DNA from: a virus
Direction: 5' to 3' (one strand)
Length of the DNA: 64,000 nt
Virus record (IMG/VR): IMGVR_UViG_3300005921_000006
Location: 9,222-73,221 of that record
A model generated the notes under the pieces. It was given only the letters and a program-made list of their open reading frames with translations, made no database searches and was not told the DNA's origin. The position numbers and the translations under genes are program-made. This document shows positions 56,933 through 64,000 of the stretch, in pieces. Within the stretch, counting starts at the first letter, position 1; each line of letters opens with the position of its first letter.

Positions 56933-57159
56933 CAGCCATCACTATACGCACGCCGCGCCCTCCGGCTCCGCCCTCTAAGCTGGCAATCTTAGGACCGGTC
57001 ATAAAAAAGCCCTACCAGGAGCAACTTGCTCTTGGTATCCCCCAGCGCTTTGCCCACCGCATTTGGAGCCGCCTTACGGTGCTGCGTAAAAAGCGCGAAC
57101 GGGCGGAAATTGACGCGGTATACAAAGGGCCGCGTAGAAAGAAGGCGACAACGGCATGA
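56929..57159 (+). pseudogene. Chimeric remnant ORF (Pol N-terminus fused to the C-terminus of 55717..55941)
   Basis: Begins MTAITIRTP like the polymerase; 76-bp exact copy of 55813-55888 at 57043-57118. Confidence 0.6.
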
Positions 57160-57362
57160 CCGAAACGCCACAGCAACGTTATGAGCGTAGACTGCGCGAA
57201 GAAGTAGAAGCACCTTTAAACGCAGCTACTGAGCTAGCGGAAAACAAGTCTAAAGAAATTAAAACCGAGTTAGAAGCCGCTCAGAAAGTTTGTTCCCCGC
57301 ATAAAGACGACGGCGGAATGTTTTACGGTTTCTGCAAACTTTGCGGGAAGGATTTGGGATGA
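57156..57362 (+). CDS. Small Zn-finger protein
   Basis: C.PH...CKLCG; ATGA overlaps. Confidence 0.6.
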   Translation: MTETPQQRYERRLREEVEAPLNAATELAENKSKEIKTELEAAQKVCSPHKDDGGMFYGFCKLCGKDLG

Positions 57363-57595
57363 CCTACAACGACGGTTACGGACGCGAGTTCCCTACACAG
57401 CGGCTGGCGCGGATAAGCGAGCTGGCAGACCTGTACCCGCCCACGGCGCGGGTGGATCAGGACGAGCTCATTCTGTTAGACGACGATATGCAGAAGATTG
57501 CCCGCTTGTATCAGATTCCAATTCGTTACCTTTTCAACGGGCCGTTCGAGGCTTCCAGTATATGCTTGATGGCGCGATTAGCTGGACAAATATGA
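57359..57595 (+). CDS. Hypothetical protein
   Basis: ATGA overlaps on both ends. Confidence 0.55.
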   Translation: MTYNDGYGREFPTQRLARISELADLYPPTARVDQDELILLDDDMQKIARLYQIPIRYLFNGPFEASSICLMARLAGQI

Positions 57596-59607
57596 CCGCC
57601 ATTACCATACGCACGCCCGCTCCCAAAGCCCCGCCGATGGCTACGCCTAAGTTCGCCCGGAGCGGTCCTGTCTTTAAAGACCCCACCCCGCCTTGCATCG
57701 TAATCGACGCGGAAACCGAAGCTATTGGGCCGCGCCCGCTGGCGTACCCGCCCAGGCCGGTAGGCTTTAGCATTCAACACCCTGGCAACCGCAAGCCAAA
57801 GTACTACGCCTGGGGCCACCCTACGGAAAACAACTGCTCTCGGCGAGACGCGGAGCGCGTACTGCAAGCCGCGTGGAAAAGTAAGTATCCTCTGCTGATG
57901 CAAAACGCAAAATTCGATTTGGATGTTTTCGAAACGCACTTCAGCATGCCCCGGTTGCCGTGGGAGCGTATCCACGACACATTATTCTTGCTGTTCCTCC
58001 ACGACCCCCACAGCCGCAGTCTCAGTTTAAAACCCGCTGCCGAAAGCCTGCTAGGTTTACCCCCCGAGGAGCAGGACGCGGTACGGGACTGGCTGGTAAC
58101 CCAGCGCATTGTAAAGAAGTCGCAAAGCGACTACGGCGCGTATATTGCCAAGGCTCCGGGCAAACTGGTAGGCGAATACGCTAACGGCGATGCGCTACGC
58201 ACGAAAAAACTATTTGAAAAACTTTACCCGGAAATCAGTCAGCGCGGTATGCGCAAGGCTTACCAGCGAGAACTCCAACTGCTCCCCATTTTGCTGGATA
58301 CGGAACGCCAGGGTATCCGCTGCGATTTACGGCGCATGGAAAAAGATTTTAAAGCCTGCCAGCAGGCGTTAGAGCGGGCCGATATTTGGCTGCGCAAAAA
58401 GCTACACGCGCCAGAGCTAAACCTGGATGCGGACAAAGACGTAAGCGAAGTGCTAGACCGCGAAGGCGTGGTAACCGACTGGACGTGGACTAAAGGCGGG
58501 AACGGGCGCAAACCCCAGCGCAGTATCAGCAAAAAGAATCTTACGATTTCCATGTTCCACAACCAACAGGTGGCTTTAGTTTATGCTTACCGGGTACGGA
58601 TGAGCACCTGCCTAAACATGTATATGGAAAACTGGCTGAACATGGCGCGAGATTCGGGCGGTACGATTTACGCGCAATTGAACCAGGTGCGGCAGGCTCA
58701 CGGTAACGACGGCTTTGCGGGAGCGCGAACGGGTCGGTTGTCCGCCAGCTTATTTATGAATGTGCCCAAGAACTTCGAGGATAAAGACGACGGCTACAAG
58801 CACCCGGCTTTCCTAAAAGATTTACCCCCGTTACCGCTGATGCGGCGTTATGTTTTACCAGACAAGGGCGGAGTATTCTGCCACCGAGATTACAATCAGC
58901 AAGAGCTTCGCGGACTCGGTCATTTTGAAGGCGGCGGGCTAATGCGGAATTACCAAGAGCGCCCTTACCGGAACCCGGACGGCAGTATGCGCTTCGACAT
59001 TCACACAGTCGTCCAAAACGGTATTCATAAGGTAGCGGGATTCTTACTGAGCCGCTCAGGAACTAAGATCGTAAATTTCAGTGATATTTACGGCAAAGGA
59101 GAAACCAACCTAGCCCTTAGTTTAGGCGTGGACACACCCACTGTGAAGTTGATTAAGCAGGCTAAGAACCAGCTGATGCCGGGAGTGGCGGAGTTAACGC
59201 AGGCGATTCGCGTATGGGGGCAGCGCGGCCAACCAATTCGCACCTGGGGTGGGCGAGAGTATTTTGCGGAAACGCCGAAGTACGTGGACAAGTACAAGCG
59301 TGTGATGGACTTCTTTTATAAGCTGCTCAATTACGAAATCCAGGGTTCCAGCGCTGACGTTACGAAGGAAGCCCTGGTGCGTTACCATAACCACCCCAAA
59401 AAGCAGGCGCGGTTTTTGGTGGCGGTTCACGACGAAATTAACGTCAGCGCCCCCCGGCAGCGGGTGCGGGAGGAAATGGCAATTTTACGAGAAAGCATGG
59501 AGAGTATCGAAATGGACGTGCCTATGTTGAGCGACGGCAAGACTGGACCAAACTGGGCCGAACTTAAAAAGTTTTGGAACGCGGACGAAGCAAAGGAGAT
59601 CGTTTAG
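57592..59607 (+). CDS. polA: DNA polymerase, family A, with 3'-5' exonuclease
   Basis: Exo motifs IDAET, NAKFD and YANGD; RTGRLS; motif A DYNQQELR, motif B K.VNF...YG, motif C VHDE. Confidence 0.95.
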   Translation: MTAITIRTPAPKAPPMATPKFARSGPVFKDPTPPCIVIDAETEAIGPRPLAYPPRPVGFSIQHPGNRKPKYYAWGHPTENNCSRRDAERVLQAAWKSKYPLLMQNAKFDLDVFETHFSMPRLPWERIHDTLFLLFLHDPHSRSLSLKPAAESLLGLPPEEQDAVRDWLVTQRIVKKSQSDYGAYIAKAPGKLVGEYANGDALRTKKLFEKLYPEISQRGMRKAYQRELQLLPILLDTERQGIRCDLRRMEKDFKACQQALERADIWLRKKLHAPELNLDADKDVSEVLDREGVVTDWTWTKGGNGRKPQRSISKKNLTISMFHNQQVALVYAYRVRMSTCLNMYMENWLNMARDSGGTIYAQLNQVRQAHGNDGFAGARTGRLSASLFMNVPKNFEDKDDGYKHPAFLKDLPPLPLMRRYVLPDKGGVFCHRDYNQQELRGLGHFEGGGLMRNYQERPYRNPDGSMRFDIHTVVQNGIHKVAGFLLSRSGTKIVNFSDIYGKGETNLALSLGVDTPTVKLIKQAKNQLMPGVAELTQAIRVWGQRGQPIRTWGGREYFAETPKYVDKYKRVMDFFYKLLNYEIQGSSADVTKEALVRYHNHPKKQARFLVAVHDEINVSAPRQRVREEMAILRESMESIEMDVPMLSDGKTGPNWAELKKFWNADEAKEIV

Positions 59608-59676
59608 CGGCGGGGAAAAATTGGGGGACTCTTGAAAAATTTAAAGATTGAGAAGAGCGACAGAAAGGAAGCGCAA

Positions 59677-59829
59677 ATGTCGATACCAAGTGAAGTACAA
59701 ACGGAGCACGTAAAAGCGCTCGTCAACCGGGAAAATGCGATAGCGGCATTTTTCAAGGCATTGGCACTCTTGATCATGGCTGGAACCGAGATGATGAAGA
59801 ACGAGGCTGCTCGAAGAAAGGCCAACTGA
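59677..59829 (+). CDS. Hypothetical protein
   Basis: RBS AAGGA; TGATG coupling to the nuclease gene. Confidence 0.5.
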   Translation: MSIPSEVQTEHVKALVNRENAIAAFFKALALLIMAGTEMMKNEAARRKAN

Positions 59830-60587
59830 TGCCGACTGCGAAGCTCGTACAGATAGAGAGCTGGAGCTACAGCAAGGTTCAAGTTTACGAGACTTGTCCA
59901 CGTCAGGCCAAGCATAAGTACATCGACAAGCTCCCCGAACCGGGAGAAAAGTCCCCGGCCTTACAACACGGCACCCGCGTCCACGCTTTAGCCGCCGCGT
60001 GGGTTACCAAAAAGCTCCCCGACTTTACCGCGTGGGACGGCAAAGAACTGCTCCAGTACAAGGACGAGTTGGAGCGCGTAATAAAGAGCAAAAAGATACC
60101 CGAGGAGCTGGAGCGGTTTGAGAAAGAGTTCCGCGTGCTGATTAAGGCGAAAGCCCAGTGCGAAGAAATGTGGAACTTCGACCGACAGTGGAATTTAATG
60201 GGTAAGGCGTACAACCCGCGTATCTGGCTGCGGGTAAAGGTGGACAGCCACTTTATTGACGCCAAGAAGATCGTCCATATTATCGACTACAAAACTGGCA
60301 AGGAAAAGGCGGACCATGCCGAGCAACGGTCTATCTACGCACTAGCAGCGTTCGTTTATTACCCTGACGCGCTAGGCTGTACGGCCCAACACTGGTATTT
60401 GGACGCCGGCGTGATGACTCCGGGCGCTTGGGATGCGAAGGCGCTGGAAACGCTCAAGAAAGAATGGGGTAAGAAAACCACGGCGTTGTTAAGTGATACG
60501 TCGTTTCGGGCAACGCCTAGTCCCAGCGCGTGCCGGTGGTGTGCGTTCCGTAAAGACCGGGGCGGGCCGTGTGGGGAGTTTGTATGA
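59829..60587 (+). CDS. PD-(D/E)XK exonuclease (Cas4/RecB-like)
   Basis: WSYS.....CP, G..VH, VD...IIDYKTG, Q..IY and C.WC......C motifs. Confidence 0.9.
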   Translation: MPTAKLVQIESWSYSKVQVYETCPRQAKHKYIDKLPEPGEKSPALQHGTRVHALAAAWVTKKLPDFTAWDGKELLQYKDELERVIKSKKIPEELERFEKEFRVLIKAKAQCEEMWNFDRQWNLMGKAYNPRIWLRVKVDSHFIDAKKIVHIIDYKTGKEKADHAEQRSIYALAAFVYYPDALGCTAQHWYLDAGVMTPGAWDAKALETLKKEWGKKTTALLSDTSFRATPSPSACRWCAFRKDRGGPCGEFV

Positions 60588-60976
60588 AAAATTTTCACGT
60601 ATACCAACCTAAGGAGTACTCTATGGCTAAAAGAAAAGAAAATTTTATATTTTCTGCTCAACCTGGATTTAGATTGTTGGATTTAACTTATGACAGGACT
60701 TTAGATGTTTTTGAAGAGAGTGATCGAGGCCCTATTTTGGCGTGGACGCTTACCAAAAATATATTTGAAGACGGCCACTACAATTTTATGGAGTGCGAGC
60801 CTGTTGCTCTAGATGGTCCTGTAGAAATCGAAAAAATACCGACAAACACTTTACTTGTAGTAATTCTACCGGACGGTAACTACCATGTGCCTTATATTGG
60901 CAGTGGCTTGACCCTAGAAGAAATTAAACGTAATTTGAAAAACGAAGTGAAAAATACAAAGGCATGTCGCAGCTAG
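60584..60976 (+). CDS. Hypothetical protein (AT-rich)
   Basis: ATGA overlap. Confidence 0.6.
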   Translation: MKNFHVYQPKEYSMAKRKENFIFSAQPGFRLLDLTYDRTLDVFEESDRGPILAWTLTKNIFEDGHYNFMECEPVALDGPVEIEKIPTNTLLVVILPDGNYHVPYIGSGLTLEEIKRNLKNEVKNTKACRS

Positions 60977-61329
60977 AAAGTAGCATAGAGCGCCGGGTAA
61001 AGCAGTGGGCGGACGCTCATGGAATCCTAAACTGCAAATTTACGCCGGTTGGAACTCGCGGCTATCCCGACAGGATGTTTTTTGTACCGGGAGGTTTTCC
61101 GCTCCTACTTGAATTTAAAAAAGAAGGCGAAACGCCTACCAAGTTGCAAGCGTATATTATCGGTAAGTTGAAAGAGAATGGTTACGATGCCCGTTGGACT
61201 GACAATTCGGAAACCGCAATCGGCTGGCTCCGCGAAGCACTGGACACCGCGAAAAGAGCAGCTCAAGGCCGTGGAGCACCTGCTAAAAAGGCACGAGGCG
61301 GGAATCTTCGGGGAGCCGGGAGTCGGTAA
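60964..61329 (+). CDS. VRR-NUC domain nuclease
   Basis: E..IE, K....G..G.PDR, LEFK..G..P..LQ motifs. Confidence 0.9.
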   Translation: MSQLESSIERRVKQWADAHGILNCKFTPVGTRGYPDRMFFVPGGFPLLLEFKKEGETPTKLQAYIIGKLKENGYDARWTDNSETAIGWLREALDTAKRAAQGRGAPAKKARGGNLRGAGSR

Positions 61330-62632
61330 GACCAGCATATTCCTGGCCGCGATAAAGATACTGCTGGAAAACAAACTCGCCCGCCGAGTACTCCTGGTCG
61401 CGCCCCTCCGCGTTTGTTACCAGGTTTGGCCCGCCGAAATCCACGAGTGGATAGAGTTTAACAAACTCACTTACCACATCCTCCACGACAAAGGTAAAAC
61501 TGACTTTGCGTTAGACCAAGACGGGCAGATTTTTATTATGAACCCCGATGGCCTACCCTGGTTGATGCAGGGGGATCGCTTTAAGCGCCTCGGGGCGGAC
61601 GTGCTGGTAATCGACGAGTCTAGCAAATTCAAGGGCTGGACTACGCTGCGAATGAAGCTACTGAAACCCAAGCTCGCCAGCTTTAAGCGCCGGTATATTG
61701 GTACGGGATCGCCCGCGCCAAAGAGCTACCTCGATTTGTTCCCTCAAATGTTTTGCTGTGACCGGGGTGCGGCGCTGGGACAGTATATATCCCATTTCCG
61801 GCAAGCGTATTTTTTCAATCCCGACCGCATGGGGTGGAGTTGGCTGCCGCAGAAGGGCGCGGAAGAAGCGATTCAAAAACTTATCAAACCTTACATCCTT
61901 CGCATGGAAAATAAAGACCTGCCCACGGTACAGGAAAACGTAATACGGGTGGAGCTACCAGAAGCCGCTCGCAAGGTGTACGACGAATTGGAGGAAGAGT
62001 TTATAACGAAGCTGAAAAATGGCGAAATGGTAACCGCCGTAAGCGCGGGAACGGCCAGCATGAAACTGTGCCAAATTGCGAACGGATCGCTGTATTTTGA
62101 AAAAGATTTTACCCGCAAAGTAGCTACGCTCCACGACGCCAAGCTGGACGCGCTAAAAGATTTGCGCGACGAACTACAAGGTCAACAGCTCCTTATTCTT
62201 TATGAGTTTCAGCATGACTTGTTTCGCATTGCCAAGACGTTGTTCCCTAAACTGAAGCTGGTGGACGTACCTTATATTGGGGGCGGTGTAACGCCGAAGC
62301 GCAGCGCGGAACTAGAGGCGCAGTGGAATGCGGGGGAGCTTACCGATTTATTAGGGCACCCCGCCGCGATGGGCCACGGTCTGAACCTCCAGAAATCCGG
62401 CTGCCGTCATATTTGCTGGTATGGAATTAACTGGGACTGGGAGCTGGTGGACCAAACCATCCGGCGTATCCGCCGCCCCGGCAACCCCCACGCGGACGTG
62501 TTTGTTCACTACCTTTGCTGTAAGGGGACGATTGACGAAGCAAAAATCAGGTCGCTGAAAAGCAAGAAGAAAAGCCAAGACCGCTTGCTGGACTCTTTGC
62601 TGGAATACGCCCAAACCCGAAAAGCAGTTTGA
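61178..62632 (+). CDS. SNF2-family helicase
   Basis: PG.GKT, VIDESS, TGSP, GHGLNLQ and Q...RI.R.G motifs. Confidence 0.93.
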   Translation: MVTMPVGLTIRKPQSAGSAKHWTPRKEQLKAVEHLLKRHEAGIFGEPGVGKTSIFLAAIKILLENKLARRVLLVAPLRVCYQVWPAEIHEWIEFNKLTYHILHDKGKTDFALDQDGQIFIMNPDGLPWLMQGDRFKRLGADVLVIDESSKFKGWTTLRMKLLKPKLASFKRRYIGTGSPAPKSYLDLFPQMFCCDRGAALGQYISHFRQAYFFNPDRMGWSWLPQKGAEEAIQKLIKPYILRMENKDLPTVQENVIRVELPEAARKVYDELEEEFITKLKNGEMVTAVSAGTASMKLCQIANGSLYFEKDFTRKVATLHDAKLDALKDLRDELQGQQLLILYEFQHDLFRIAKTLFPKLKLVDVPYIGGGVTPKRSAELEAQWNAGELTDLLGHPAAMGHGLNLQKSGCRHICWYGINWDWELVDQTIRRIRRPGNPHADVFVHYLCCKGTIDEAKIRSLKSKKKSQDRLLDSLLEYAQTRKAV

Positions 62633-62926
62633 ACATTTATTTTTCGGCCTGTAACTACCTAATTTTACAGTGGCTTACGGGGAGCGATTTTCTAGCCCGA
62701 TTAGGTAAAACTACCTGGTTACGCTATATTATCTGTATGCGTTACGGTATTCAAGAACGGAAGCAGCGGAAGGCGATGGGGTCAATGTCGCTCGTACGCC
62801 CGTAGTCGGAATACTGTAAATACCGCGTATTTTTGACAATTTAGCTAGGCGGGGGCGGCGGCTTTCGAGCAGGCTACCTAGCGTAATAGGCTTAGGCGAG
62901 CGCAACTAGTAGCGCCCACGCCACAC

Positions 62927-62986
62927 GAAGAGGGGCGGCGCGAGAGATCGCGCTGCTAATTCACATTTCCGGTCCCAAGTCCGGAA
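62927..62986 (+). ncRNA. Twister ribozyme (circularly permuted, P5-type), copy 1
   Basis: GAA-GAGGG-P1(GCGGCGC/GCGCTGC)-TAA-TTC-AC...CCGGTCCCAAGTCCGG; predicted cut 62957/62958. Confidence 0.85.
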
Positions 62987-63004
62987 TAAAAAAGGAGAAC
63001 GACA

Positions 63005-63304
63005 ATGCTAAAAACTACGAACTTCACCGAAAAACAAATTGCGAAAATGGGGTTGACGCTGGACGAACTGAACGCGATTAAGTTGGCAGCGTATCACACC
63101 TGGCAGGGTATCGGCGCGGACTGCGAAGCCTGTTTGGGAAAGCCGCTAAGTGTACCGGCGATGGTAGAAGTAACGATTGACGCTGACCACATGCTTAGCC
63201 ACGGCAATCCGCGAGGAAACGGCATGGACCCGGCGCTGTACGGAAAGTTTAAAACGTTGCCGTACAGCACCATGAAGAAAATCGTTCGGGAAGCAATTGC
63301 TTAG
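63005..63304 (+). CDS. Hypothetical protein
   Basis: RBS AAGGAG directly after twister copy 1. Confidence 0.75.
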   Translation: MLKTTNFTEKQIAKMGLTLDELNAIKLAAYHTWQGIGADCEACLGKPLSVPAMVEVTIDADHMLSHGNPRGNGMDPALYGKFKTLPYSTMKKIVREAIA

Positions 63305-63372
63305 AAGAGGGGCGGCGCTGAAGAGCGCCGTTAATTCGCTGCCGCAAAGCGGCACTCGGTCCCAAGTCCGAG
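63304..63372 (+). ncRNA. Twister ribozyme, copy 2
   Basis: GAA-GAGGG-P1-TAA-TTC-GC-P3(TGCCGC/GCGGCA)-CTCGGTCCCAAGTCCGAG; predicted cut 63332/63333. Confidence 0.85.
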
Positions 63373-63389
63373 GCGAATCGGAGACAAAG

Positions 63390-63656
63390 ATGAAAACCTT
63401 AGCGCAAATTGAAGACGCTGCAATGACCGATGTACGGAAACTTGACGCAATGCGCGAAAATTTACCCGCATTGTGGAATAGCATGACGGACAAAGAACGC
63501 CGGAAACATATTTGCGGCGACTCCTATGCCAGCTTTAAAACCTGGGAAAATCTTACGGAGCAGCAAAAGCGAACCATTGAAGCTCGCGTAAAAAACGCAG
63601 CGGACAGCGCCTTTATCGTAGGTGCTTTTGCGAAAGCCTTACGCAAAAATTATTAA
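63390..63656 (+). CDS. Hypothetical protein
   Basis: RBS GGAG directly after twister copy 2. Confidence 0.7.
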   Translation: MKTLAQIEDAAMTDVRKLDAMRENLPALWNSMTDKERRKHICGDSYASFKTWENLTEQQKRTIEARVKNAADSAFIVGAFAKALRKNY

Positions 63657-63657
63657 A

Positions 63658-63731
63658 GCGGAGGACGCGGCGGAACAATGCCGCGTAACGCGCCGGACGT
63701 TACTTACCGTCCGCCCCGTTCCAAGTCGGGG
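63658..63731 (+). ncRNA. Twister ribozyme, copy 3
   Basis: GCG-GAGGA-P1(CGCGGC/GCCGCG)-TAA-CGC-GC-P3(CGGACG/CGTCCG)-CCCCGTTCCAAGTCGGGG; compensatory changes relative to copies 1 and 2. Confidence 0.8.
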
Positions 63732-63750
63732 AGCGTAAAGGAGAACAAAA

Positions 63751-64000
63751 ATGAAAACCATCGATCAGGTTATGGAACTTTTCCCAGAAAGCGTAAAGGA
63801 AAACTGGCGGCACCACGAAAACGGAAAAGGCTGGGTGTATACGACGGCGAGCGTAGAGCTGAGTGCTTACGTTGAAGGTATCGTGTCCGACAACGCGCGG
63901 GTGTACGGCGACGCGCGGGTGTACGGCGACGCGCGGGTGTACGGCAACGCGCGGGTGTACGGCAACGCGCGGGTGTACGGCAACGCGTGGGTGTACGGCG
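63751..64000 (+). CDS. Hexapeptide-repeat (left-handed beta-helix) protein, truncated by the window edge
   Basis: MKTIDQVMELF...; 18-bp tandem repeat encoding (D/N)ARVYG from about 63892; RBS AAGGAG. Confidence 0.85.
   Translation, partial: MKTIDQVMELFPESVKENWRHHENGKGWVYTTASVELSAYVEGIVSDNARVYGDARVYGDARVYGNARVYGNARVYGNAWVYG

Noticed and set aside
55813-57118. 76-bp repeat pair as a diversity-generating retroelement TR/VR
   Set aside because: The copies are identical with no adenine-specific changes, and no reverse transcriptase is in the window.
59829-60587. Cas4-like nuclease as the adaptation enzyme for the array
   Set aside because: It sits in the usual Pol, exonuclease, VRR-NUC, SNF2 replication block; nothing links it to the array.
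62840-62925. Fourth ribozyme upstream of twister copy 1
   Set aside because: Stems exist (CTAGG/CCTAG, GCT-TTCG-AGC) but no catalytic-core consensus was recognised.
63892-64000. 18-bp tandem repeat as a non-coding array
   Set aside because: It is in frame and encodes a common hexapeptide repeat.

Overview
The window is most of a tailed dsDNA phage genome with two divergent arms. The minus-strand arm (about 41.9 kb down to 0.15 kb) holds packaging, head, neck, contractile-tail, baseplate, fibre and putative lysis genes. Their families resemble Bcep781-type myoviruses: DUF1073 portal, MuF, DUF2213 protease, DUF2184 capsid, DUF3383 sheath, Gp138 spike, baseplate J and DUF2612. The plus-strand arm (42.5-64 kb) holds a primase-helicase, dCTP deaminase, SSB-like protein, family A DNA polymerase, PD-(D/E)XK and VRR-NUC nucleases, an SNF2 helicase and many small ORFs. 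An AT-rich, iteron-like region lies between the arms. The most interesting features are: (1) a Cas7/RAMP-like gene and a partner gene followed by a 490-nt non-CRISPR array, in which GCAGGY-delimited units are built from NN-GGY pentamers, a candidate RNA-guided system with a non-contiguous code; (2) about eight Cys-rich fibre-like or glycoside-hydrolase proteins in the virion operon that carry Sec signal peptides; (3) three covarying twister ribozymes, each in front of a small gene; (4) two further structured ncRNA candidates, a -1 frameshift in the tail chaperone, a portal fused to a pyrophosphatase-like domain, and a radical SAM gene flanked by duplicated sequence. No integrase or repressor was recognised. 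All family assignments come from motif recognition by eye, not from database searches.
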